Assembly (NCBI GenBank): GCA_002269645.1
Contig: NIVC01002352.1
Coordinates: forward strand, 1 to 64,000
Reading direction: 5' to 3'
Source of the DNA: Macrostomum lignano
Taxonomy: Eukaryota
DNA length: 64,000 nucleotides
Both the position numbers and the translations under genes were made by a program. Below are positions 1 through 30,132 of this stretch, piece after piece. The notes under the pieces are model-generated. The model was not told where the DNA came from. It did not search any database and worked only from the letters and a program-made list of their open reading frames with translations. Numbering within the stretch: the first letter of the stretch is position 1; every line of letters begins with the position of its first letter.

Positions 1-114
1 ACTGGATGATTACCTTTAGAAGTAACAAAATTAATCGTAATTCGTGAAAAATGATTTTCTATTTAACTTCCCGACTGTGAATAAGAATTGGAATAATTGT
101 CACCCTCAACCCAG

Positions 115-520
115 GGAGCCGTAGCCTAGCGGTCTAGCGCGGCGTTCTGATGCACCAGCGGCCAGGCTCGATTCCAAGTGCAGTCACATTAATTTGGGGC
201 TGAGTTGGAATCTCGGCTTGGCTCTGCTCGTACCATTAACGCCCTTGAGGGCCAGCCCCAAAGGATAGGGAAGTGTACATGCCTATTAAAGTTAAGGCCG
301 CTGTACACTCCTGTGTGAGTGTGTGCCTGTGCGTATGACTGCGTACGTATCCGCGCGCTTGTGTGCCTGCTCAGGGGAGTCGGCGAATGGGCAGCAATGC
401 CTCTCGACGGTTGTGCGACAATGTCGCTTAAAGTGCCCCAGGGTGCACACAGCCCGCCTGTTTCTAACTGACTAAAGGAGTCCCTCTCCCCAGCACCGCG
501 TAGCCATGGGATCAAGTGTA
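115..520 (+). mobile_element. tRNA-headed SINE-like element (family distinct from the 46360 SINE)
   Basis: Pol III A-box TAGCCTAGCGG (122-132) and B-box-like GGCTCGATTCC (175-185) without a good cloverleaf. The body at 247-333 is homologous to 31515-31610 (minus). The 3' boundary is uncertain. Confidence 0.5.
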
Positions 521-1059
521 CCGATATGTTTTGTAAATATCTTTTTGCGGTGCAAAATTGAATTTCAAGGAAGTCAAATTGAAAGAGACAGACAGAGATT
601 CTAAGCCAGCTTAGGTGCGCAGTCTCAAGTGCTGGAGTCGGAATGTGAAGTACGAGAGCTCATCAGCGTAAAAATAGAAATAAAACGTCGCCAAAATCAC
701 GGGAAAAACCCACAAAATATGACGCTGGAAGACGGGTCGACAACGTTGAGGAAATATTTAATAAAAAATAGACAAAAAAACCTTGCAAAACCGTGCTTAT
801 TTCTATGGAAGAATATTAAAAACTATTTGGAAGAAGAATAAATAAAATTTCGGCAGGAAAAACATAGTACTATAAGTAGGAAAATGAATGTCTCGTCACA
901 GTTGTGCCATGCTTTACGTCCGGTGCGAACCGAAGCTCAAGAATGCGTGAAGACTTGACATCTGGAATTGGTTAGCAAAAAGGTCAGACCAAGGACTCCG
1001 ATCCACGAGAATTCCCCTTCAAAGATTTCCGCACGGGGTTTGCCCCAGGATTCCCATAC

Positions 1060-1670
1060 AATGATTGCCAGTTCAATAATTACCTCGAAGATTCATTTCA
1101 AAGAAAACCTTTCCAAGGGGTCATAAAAGTCTCCTTCAATATTCCTCTACAACGATTCCCAGTCAAAAACTCCCTCCAAGGATCAAGCATTCACCTCCAA
1201 GGATTCACCCAAGAATTCTCCTTCAAGGATTCTCATCTAAGATCCACCTCCAAGGATTCCCTCCGAAGGATTCCCCATCCAAGGATTCCCCATCCGAGGA
1301 TTCCCCTCCAAGAATTTTCCTTCAAGGGTTCGCATCTAAGATTCCCATTCAATGATTCTCCTCAAAGGGCTCCCTTTCAAGGATTCACCTCCAAGGATTC
1401 CCCTCAAGGATTCCCCGTTAAGAGTTCTCCAAGGAATCTCCTTAAATGATTGCCCTTTCCGATATTCGCGTCAAAGGATTCTCCTTTAAGGATTTCCCTT
1501 CAGGGATTCCCTTTAAGGATTTTCCTTCAGGGATTCCCCTTTAAGGATTTCCCTTCAGGGATTCCCCTTTAAGGATTTCCCTTCAGGGATTACCCTTTAA
1601 GGATTTCCCTCCAGGGATTCCCCTACAAGGATTCTCCTTCAAAGACTCCCTCCAAGGATTACCCTGAAAA
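1060..1670. repeat. Degenerate GGATTCCC(T/C)T(T/C)AA minisatellite
   Basis: Visible tandem units, more regular at 1480-1630. Confidence 0.8.
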
Positions 1671-1791
1671 CGAACCCGGGTGCATGAGAAAGAAGCAGAA
1701 ATACTGCTAACAAAGTATTAACAAAAGAAGAGAATTAAATGTATCCCTTATCTATTCATTCTGTGAATCTATTCACCATCCCGATCTCCTC

Positions 1792-3402
<1,611 letters not shown>

Positions 3403-4442
3403 GGTACTTTTGCGTATTTAATTTGGTTTTTTCTGGCTTTAGTGCAATTTGTTTGTTAAACTAATCTGATCCTTTGTTTGCTCCTGCTGGCTGAAATGTG
3501 AGCAAGCAGTGACAGACAGTGTTATATCAAACTGTTATGTCAAATGAAACAATTGATTTGATAGAACTTATAAAATAGTATTGTGTTTATGAGGCAATTG
3601 CCAATTGAAAAATATATTCAAAAAAATAATAGAAAACAGGGTTAGAGGGTTGTCATTCAATAAAGAGAATGGTATTGCTTTTGGCATAATTTATTAAAAT
3701 TAATAAAAATATCATGCTGATAAACCACTTTTGGCTTTCAAAAATTGTGGATTTAAAGTAATGATAATAAGCAAATTATTTTTTACTATTCTTTCTCAAA
3801 CTTGCTAGCATTTCACAGACAAACTATTCTTGGAGGCAAAGAAAAGTTTTATTTAGCATAGCATAATGCTTTCTTCAAGTTATACTACTCTTTTGACTTG
3901 ATCAAAACTCAAAATAAAAGCCTCTTAAGTCATTCTACATTAATTTTTGAAAAATTCAAAACATTATTGTGGCGAATTTCAGTAAAATACTTAAAATTAC
4001 AAAAGCTTATTACTTTCATGCATATTTTTGCCTAAAGTAAGTATTGTATAATAAAATAAAAATTGTAAAAATTGTAAACTGCACAAGATGCTAAGATAAA
4101 TATAATCGGTACCAATCCTAGAAAAAACTGTTGCTGCTAGAGCTGTTTTCCTTAGTAAATACTTTGGACTCTGACTTAAACTTGTTACTAATAACAATTA
4201 ATCAAAAGATAGTAGCAACCAATTTTCAAATAAATGTGTTTTCCTATTCAAATGTTCGAATTTAGAGTGAAAACACTAAGAGTCCGGTTTAAATCGTTCT
4301 TCACTATGGAAATCACAAGTTCGAGTACAATGTATTTTTGGGAAAGGCATATTTTACCTACAATAATTGAATAAACTCTTCGGAAACTTCGAATTTGAAA
4401 TACTGCAAAAATGCTTTGTAATTGGTCAGAACATTATATCCG

Positions 4443-4456
4443 TTACCGTGGCAACT
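4443..4456. promoter_or_regulatory. X-box (RFX site) candidate in the CAPSL/IFT22 divergent promoter
   Basis: GTTACCGTGGCAAC lies 67 nt upstream of the IFT22 ATG and is one central mismatch from GTHNYYATRRNAAC. Both flanking genes are cilia-associated. Confidence 0.65.
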
Positions 4457-4522
4457 ATGCAGTAGATATTTTAAAATCGAATTCCAGAGAAATTTACAAG
4501 AAATACAGCCGTCTCTGGCAGC

Positions 4523-5083
4523 ATGAACAGACTAAAGCTTCTTGTTGTTGGGCCTGTGGCCTGCGGAAAGACATATCTGACGAATTTTCTCTCTGAAGCA
4601 ATCGAGCAAAGCAGTGGAGAATATCGTCCAACTCAAGCTTGTCGCATTGTGGAGTATGAGACCGAGGTTAAGTCTAAAGGCAAGGCAGCCAATATAGAAG
4701 TGCAATTGTGGGACATCAGCGGCGACAAGAAGTTTGCGTCTTGCTGGCCAGCACTAGTCTCAAGCGTCAATGGAGTTGTTTTCGTCTACAACCAGGACCA
4801 GCCTCAGCAATCTGAGGAACTTGACCAGCTGTACCAGTTCTTCGTTCAAAATCACGGAATCAAGGACACCCAGTGCTGCGTGATCTCGCACAAGAAGCCA
4901 AACACTGCAGACATGGACAGCCTTCAGCTGTCAGACAAGTTCGAAAATGTGAGAACAGTGGCTTCGGATATTCCCAGCGCTGGAGATCAGCTTCGAGATG
5001 ACTTTAACAACTTTCTCCTCCATGCCTACCAGAGCATGAATGAGAACGCTGAGCAGGATGAGCTGAATATTCTTGGCCGATGA
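4523..5083 (+). CDS. IFT22: Intraflagellar transport protein 22 (Rab-like 5), intronless, 186 aa
   Basis: P-loop VVGPVACGKT, EYRPTQACRI, QLWDISGDKKFASCWPAL, GVVFVYN and DTQCCVISHKKP align end-to-end with RABL5/IFT22. AATAAA is at ~5181. Confidence 0.93.
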   Translation: MNRLKLLVVGPVACGKTYLTNFLSEAIEQSSGEYRPTQACRIVEYETEVKSKGKAANIEVQLWDISGDKKFASCWPALVSSVNGVVFVYNQDQPQQSEELDQLYQFFVQNHGIKDTQCCVISHKKPNTADMDSLQLSDKFENVRTVASDIPSAGDQLRDDFNNFLLHAYQSMNENAEQDELNILGR

Positions 5084-5837
5084 GCAATTCACTTTTTGCA
5101 AGCTTTTTTATCGTATTTGACTATAGTCTATTCTGGAATCTTGTTCAATGCCAGAAAATGGATATATTAAATTTCATAGAATAAATTTGAACATTTCAAA
5201 CAGTTTTTAAATTAATTTTTTGCCTTTGAATTTTTTCACTAACAGAACTGTGAATTTGCATATTGTATTGACTGACCAAATAAACAAATTGATCAATAAA
5301 AATCCATCAGTGTTATGGATTAACACTAAAAGTACAACTTAAATCCAATATAATTTGAAACACTGTTTTGTTTTATATATCTTCATTCTTAAATTGGCTT
5401 TTACTGTTTAAAAACTTTTATTAAAAAGCAATAAACAGGACAGGATGGATGCAGTTGTTTGACAGATATGTGACTATTTTTGCCCTAATCTGCAAGATAT
5501 TGAATTTTTTTTATATTGTGATGATTTTTATAAAGTTCGAAAAATGTGCTTACCAATTAATTGTCAATGTAAACTCGATGTAAATTTTCTTTTTTTAATC
5601 CCAAAGACATCAACTGCTTTAGACATCTGCTTACTGTGCCTTAATGGCCAATGCAGTGGCTGATTGACTGTACTTTTAAGGGACTAGCGGTGTTTAATGA
5701 TGGTACCCCCAGAGTTGCTATGGCTGCATATGTACAACTGGGATTCCGGATTTCCTGTCATTAAACAGCGACGGTCAGGTGTACCTAATTGTTTAATTGT
5801 TAGGGAGAATAAGTTAACGGTTCCAAGTGTGCTATAG

Positions 5838-6500
5838 TATGGCTTTTTGCAGTCCACTTGGGCTTGAGCGCATTGAATCTAATCCAAGATACGTTTGCCG
5901 ATGTAACGGAGCTTTTGTCTCTGGTAGCAAGGCTGGCACCGCGGCATTTAGTCGTAATGTGGTCCAACAAGCGTCAATTTGGTCCATAGCTTCATTTGCA
6001 ACTGTTGTGGAGGAGCAAGATCAGCCCCAGAATTGTGGACCACATGCATAGGCTGTTAAACGAATGCCATTGGCTTGTGATCGAAGCATCCGACAGAGGT
6101 CAAAGGATAATGCAAGGTTGCAAGATTGTTGAATGTAAAAGAAAAGATGGTTTACAGCATCCATCAGCTTGTTGAAACCACTGGCGGCAGAGATTGAATG
6201 CGAAAGAGTGGCAAATCGCCAAGGCAAGTTGCTCGAGAGCCTCAGGTCCAGCTGCTACTCGATGCAGCTGAGACAAACCCTTTGTTCACGTTGCAGAAAA
6301 TGCAGCAGAAGTTGAAAGAGAAGTTGAAGTTAGTTGAAAGAAGAGAAGTTGCAGCAGAAGACCAAATTGATGCTTGTTGGACCGAACTAAATGACGCTGT
6401 GCCAGCCTTGCTACCAGAGACAAAAGCTCCGTTACATTGGCAAACGTATCTTGGATTAGATTCAATGCGCTCAAGCCCAAGTGAACTGCAAAAAGCCATA
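5838..6500. repeat. Inverted duplication: ~160-bp arms (5838-6003 and 6346-6500), ~340-bp spacer
   Basis: The arms are near-identical reverse complements. The same peptide (MAFCSxLGLERIESNPRYVC...) appears in ORFs 5827+ and 6242-. Confidence 0.9.
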
Positions 6501-6724
6501 TTAAACTTAAACGACAACGCAACAGCTTCAACAATCTCAGTTGGCTACTGTGCCAAAAACTGTCTATGGTTAAACCTTATACATACTTCAGCTGACTTAG
6601 TCAATGAGTTCTTTTTACTGCCGTTAAAAGTATCAGGAGCTCAAAACTATATTTGTATAGAAGTGCCTCGAACTACAGTACTAGAATAGTGTAGGTCTAT
6701 AGCCACTGCCCCCTGTCTCCCTAC

Positions 6725-24533
<17,809 letters not shown>

Positions 24534-24859
24534 TTTCCTATTAATGAACTAAGCACAGGGTATCCGATTGTTTTACAAGTACAGTCTTTTTTAATAAGAT
24601 GAGCGTAGATATATAGAGCGCATTTCTCATTTGCACGAGCCAGATATTACTCATAAATACCAAGTCAGCTATAAGACCATTACCTCTGGCTACGATTTGA
24701 CAGTGCAGTCTTTTTTCTGCCTTGTTTACTTTCTTTTTTCCTGTTTTACTCTCTTTGTGTCTCGCTGTTTCTTCAGTTTCCTGGGTCTTTGAGTTTTGTA
24801 ACCTATTTCTGTCATTATTTTGCTTTTTTCTAACTCTGATGATGTCTGTCGTTGCCTGT

Positions 24860-25335
24860 TGGTCTCTGTCGGTCTCTGTCGCTCTCTGTCACTCTCTGTC
24901 GCCCTCTGTCGCTCTCTATCGCTCTCTGTCGCTCTCTGTCGCTCTCTGTCGCTCTCTATCGCTCTCTGTCGCTCTCTATCGCTCTCTGTCGCTCTCTATC
25001 GCTCTCTGTCGCTCTCTGTCGCTCTCTGTCGCTCTCTATCGCTCTCTGTCGCTCTCTATCGCTCTCTGTCGCTCTCTGTCGCTCTCTGTCGCTCTCTATC
25101 GCTCTCTGTCGCTCTCTATCGCTCTCTGTCGCTCTCTGTCGCTCTCTATCGCTCTCTGTCGCTCTCTGTCGCTCTCTATCGCTCTCTGTCGCTCTCTGTC
25201 GCTCTCTGTCGATCTCTGTCGCTCTCTGTCGCTCTCTGCCGCTGTTTTTTGCTCTCTGTCGCTCTCCCGCCTGTCTCTGTCGCCTCCTGTCGCTCTCTGT
25301 CGCTCTCTGTCGCTCTCTGTCACTCTCTGTCATTC
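24860..25335. repeat. 10-bp GCTCTCT(G/A)TC array
   Basis: Direct reading. Confidence 0.95.
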
Positions 25336-25964
25336 TCTGTCACTCTGCACCTGCCTTTCTTCTTGCTCCAGCTTTCTCATCTCCCGTGGAACTATTGCTT
25401 CGTGGAACTCAATGAGGACCGTAAAATTTCAACTTTCTACATAATAATATTTGTGGATACAGTATCAGTACACGGTAATAATATTACTGCATGCACTATC
25501 GGAGATCGGAGATACTCTCTTTGAATATCATCTTCAACGCTTCTAAGACAGCGATAAGCACGTGATCCTTGCAGTGTCTCTCTCATTTTTCGTTAGCTTC
25601 CTTTCTGCTCTCCAGCTGCTGCTTCTGGTGCGCTAAGAAAATGTGATTGACAGCTGAGGAGGAGCGCAGCGACTTGCCAGTTGAATTGCATTGAAGTTAG
25701 AGACGGCTCTCGCTCACTTGCTGAGCTGCATGGGTTTCAAGTGAAATCCGTTCTGAGCTGGTCTGCGTGATCCGCTGAGCTGGGCGTGGCTGCGAGCCGC
25801 TCGTGTCAGGTTTCTGATTTTTCACCAATTGTTCCCAATCCGACTTCTCCGATCCTCGGCAGATTTGAGATTTGAGTCTTTTGAGTCTCTGGCCTAATGG
25901 TAGAATAAATGGTTAATAGAAATTATTGATATAGTGTGACTATTCTATTGAACTTTATTAACAG

Positions 25965-27930
25965 AAGTGGTAGCTCTATTGACCTTTGATGATGGCAGTG
26001 GCGGCGCTATTGATCTTTGATGATAGCAGTGGGGGCGGCGCTATTGATCTTTGATGATAGCAGTGGGGGCGGCGCTATTGATCTTTGATGATGGCAGCGG
26101 TAGCTCTATTGACCTTTGATGATAGCAGTGGGGGCGGCGCTATTGATCTTTGATGATGGCAGTGGGGGCGCTATTGATCTTTGATGATAGCAGTGGGGGC
26201 GGCGCTATTGATCTTTGATGATAGCAGTGGGGGCGCTATTGATCTTTGATGATAGCAGTGGGGGCGGCGCTATTGATCTTTGATGATAGCAGTGGGGGCG
26301 GCGCTATTGATCTTTGATGATAGCAGTGGGGGCGGCGCTATTGATCTTTGATGATGGCAGTGGGGGCGCTATTGATCTTTGATGATAGCAGTGGGGGCGG
26401 CGCTATTGATCTTTGATGATAGCAGTGGGGGCGGCGCTATTGATCTTTGATGATAGCAGTGGGGGCGGCGCTATTGATCTTTGATGATGGCAGTGGGGGC
26501 GCTATTGATCTTTGATGATAGCAGTGGGGGCGGCGCTATTGATCTTTGATGATAGCAGTGGGGGCGGCGCTATTGATCTTTGATGATAGCAGTGGGGGCG
26601 GCGCTATTGATCTTTGATGATGGCAGTGGGGGCGCTATTGATCTTTGATGATAGCAGTGGGGCGGCGCTATTGATCTTTGATGATAGCAGTGGGGGCGGC
26701 GCTATTGATCTTTGATGATAGCAGTGGGGGCGGCGCTATTGATCTTTGATGATGGCAGTGGGGGCGCTATTGATCTTTGATGATAGCAGTGGGGGCGGCG
26801 CTATTGATCTTTGATGATAGCAGTGGGGGCGGCGCTATTGATCTTTGATGATAGCAGTGGGGGCGGCGCTATTGATCTTTGATGATGGCAGTGGGGGCGC
26901 TATTGATCTTTGATGATAGCAGTGGGGGCGGCGCTATTGATCTTTGATGATGGCAGTGGGGGCGGCGCTATTGATCTTTGATGATAGCAGTGGGGGCGCT
27001 ATTGATCTTTGATGATGGCAGTGGGGGTGGCGCTATTGATCTATGATAACAGCAGTGGGGGCAGCGCTATTGATCTTTGATGATAGCAGTGGGGGCGGCG
27101 CGATTTGATCTTTGATGATGGCAGTGGGGGCGGCGCTATTATCTTTGATGATGGCAGTGGGGGTGCTATTGATCTTTGATAACAGCAGTTGTAGCTCTAT
27201 TGACCTTTGATGATGGCAGTGGCGGCGCTATTGATCTTTGATGATGGCAGTGGGGGCGGCGCTATTATCTTTGATGATGGCAGTGGGGGTGCTATTGATC
27301 TTTGATGATGGCAGTGGGGGTGCTATTGATCTTTGATGATGGCAGTGGAGGCGCTATTATCTTTGATGATGGCAGTGGGGGTGCTATTGACCTTTGATGA
27401 TGGCAGTGGCGGCGCTATTGATCTTTGATGATGGCAGTGGGGGCGGCGCTATTATCTTTGATGATGGCAGTGGAGGCGCTATTATCTTTGATGATGGCAG
27501 TGGGGGTGCTATTGACCTTTGATGATGGCAGTGGCGGCGCTATTGATCTTTGATGATGGCAGTGGGGGCGGCGCTATTATCTTTGATGATGGCAGTGGGG
27601 GCGGCGCTATTGATCTTTGATAACAGCAGTGGGGGCGGCGCTATTGATATTTGATAACAGCAGTGGGGGCGGCGCTATTGATCTTTGATAACAGCAGTGG
27701 GGGCGGCGCTATTGATCTTTGATAACAGAAGTGGGGGCGGCGCTATTGATCTTTGATAACAGCAGTGGGGGCGGCGCTATTGATATTTGATAACAGCAGT
27801 GGGGGCGGCGCTATTGATATTTGATAACAGCAGTGGGGGCGGCGCTATTGATATTTGATAACAGCAGTGGGGGCGGCGCTATTGATCTTTGATAACAGAA
27901 GTGGGGGCGGCGCTATTGATCTTTGATAAC
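25965..27930. repeat. 31/34-bp minisatellite GCGCTATTGATCTTTGATGAT(A/G)GCAGTGGGG(GCG)
   Basis: Direct reading. Confidence 0.97.
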
Positions 27931-28588
27931 ATCTGTTTTTAATGACTGATTTGTGCGCACTGAATCTGTTCTTAGAGATTGATGGCGTAACACTCGATAT
28001 TGCAAATTGAACGGCCACTGATCTGAGAATTCTAAGTTAATTTCGGCTTAAAATGTTGCATATTTTGGTTTACTGATGTCCCACATCACAGCACGCCTGT
28101 CGCTCAGTCATATTCTCAACTCAGTTTCTTATCAGTTCCGACAGAAGCGGATTAGTTTAATTGAGCAGTATAAATACATATGAGCAGCACTCTCTGTTGC
28201 CACGCAGCAGGCCCGGCCAGCCTATACCACGCATCGCTGAGCTCAACTTAGTAAAGAAGGTATTGCATGGGGGATATATCATGGGGCTGATAGATTGATG
28301 CCGTCGAAGTGCAGAGAAGGCTGTGTGAGGCTGGCTTGAGTGAGGAGAAGAGATAGACTCTGTCAGCAGCTCAAGGCGGCTCTCTTCCGTGTGATTGCTT
28401 CCCAACGGAGTTTTTGTGCGTGCAGACAAAAAGACAGCAGAATCCACTCCCTGCTCTTTATTAAGTTCTCGGCATCACTGTTGCTAACCCGCTGACTATA
28501 AATAAATATATAGAATAACATAATGGTTAGTTGTGTCCATGGTTTTAGGCTTCGCCACTCGTGACTTTGAGCATTATCAAAGCCTAAA

Positions 28589-29439
28589 ACCATAGACACA
28601 ATATTATTGTCTCATGATTTCTACACAAAATAGGCGTTTAATAATCTTTCATTATCAAACGGTTGATAATGCATGACTAAATTTAGATACCGTCTATGGT
28701 AATTCGTCAGAAACTTTGGTCTTAAATGTTCTAAGTTACAGCGAAGACTTCTCAGTTTTTCATTTTAAGCCGTCTTCGCTTGCCTGCCTTAAACGTGACC
28801 GCTACGCATCTTATCAATTGGTCTCATCTGCCGGTTGATAGTCTCGATGGCGTTTCATCCAGCGAATACTCATTCATTGCGGAGCTGAGCAGTGACAATC
28901 ACCGAGATGACAATCAGCTGGAGGACTTTATTAACTTCATTACCGATCATTCACGATCTGACGATGAACTGCTTGGTGTCGATCTGCCGGAATGTGAAGA
29001 GGATGGAGCTTCTGTTGCTACTGATGTCATGGACAAGGCCGAGGTGGATTCTCTACCAAGATCGACCAAGGAGCAAATGTTCCTTTATGGCAAAGCGTTT
29101 GCCAGCTACATGAGTGACTTGGGTCATCCTGTTGAAAGTCTCAAAACAATGGAGCCCAGTAGCCTCAACGAGCACCTGCGGTTCTACTACTTTCGGCTTT
29201 CTAAACCGAATGGAGAGTCGTACTCGCCATCTAGCTTGGTCTGCATTCGGGCCGGCATCCAGCGATTTTTTCACTTCATTATCAAGCGTGAACTCAACAT
29301 CGTCGATGATCCTAACTTTGCTACTTGAGAATTGCAACTATAAACAACTAAAAACTGTAAACTGTTCATTGCTTAACCATTGAAGCTGATTTCTCGTTGA
29401 TATGAAAAATAAACTCGCAGTTCCACCATAGTCTATGGT
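28589..29439 (+). mobile_element. Truncated Crypton-type (tyrosine-recombinase/DUF3504) element
   Basis: ORF 28780-29328 encodes SLPRSTKEQM...LNEHLRFYYFRLSKPNGESYSPSSLVCIRAGIQRFF...LNIVDDPNF. This is the pattern of the N-terminal DNA-binding part of Crypton/DUF3504 proteins, stopping before any catalytic domain. It is bounded by inverted 9-mers ACCATAGAC (28589-28597) and GTCTATGGT (29431-29439). Confidence 0.72.
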
Positions 29440-29941
29440 AGATGTTGAAAAGTTGGCGTTTGATAATCACAAAATTACACAACGAGAAATAATAAGAGAA
29501 AGAATGTGACAATAAAGGCGCTTCGCCATTCCACCAAAGCTTTTGTCTTCAAATGGGAAAATTCCGTAGCTATTTTTTATATTTCACTGCGAACCAAACT
29601 TTTAGCCGGCTTGTGAAGCTCATTTTGTTCGCTGAGATCTTTTCTACAATGTCGAATTTTTAGAAATATTTGCATTGTTTTTTTCTATTTTTTGACAAAA
29701 ACTATTTTCATTTCTCCTGCGATGGCCGCTCGTCGATTTCCCCTATTGGAGCTTCCGAGACCCGAGAGGATTTGTGCGGGCCTCAGCCAATGACTGGCCT
29801 GCTTTTCCCTTCTTTAACCCTCTGAAAGAGCCACGTTTGAGCGAGGTTTGACTCAAGCCTGACTAACTAGCAATCTAGCTCATCTGGAAACTCACTGCAT
29901 CTGAGGACTGGAGACATCTTCCTGTAGCCAGAAATCAGGTG

Positions 29942-30096
<155 letters not shown>

Positions 30097-30132
30097 CAGT
30101 CCCTCACGGCTCCCGCCCGCAGCGCCCACGCC

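Noticed and set aside
24700-25890. Possible minus-strand exons tail-to-tail with PLD (e.g. QRLKRLKSQICRG...HAAQQ|GTGAGC)
   Set aside because: No recognisable domain and no unique phase-consistent model. Needs RNA-seq.
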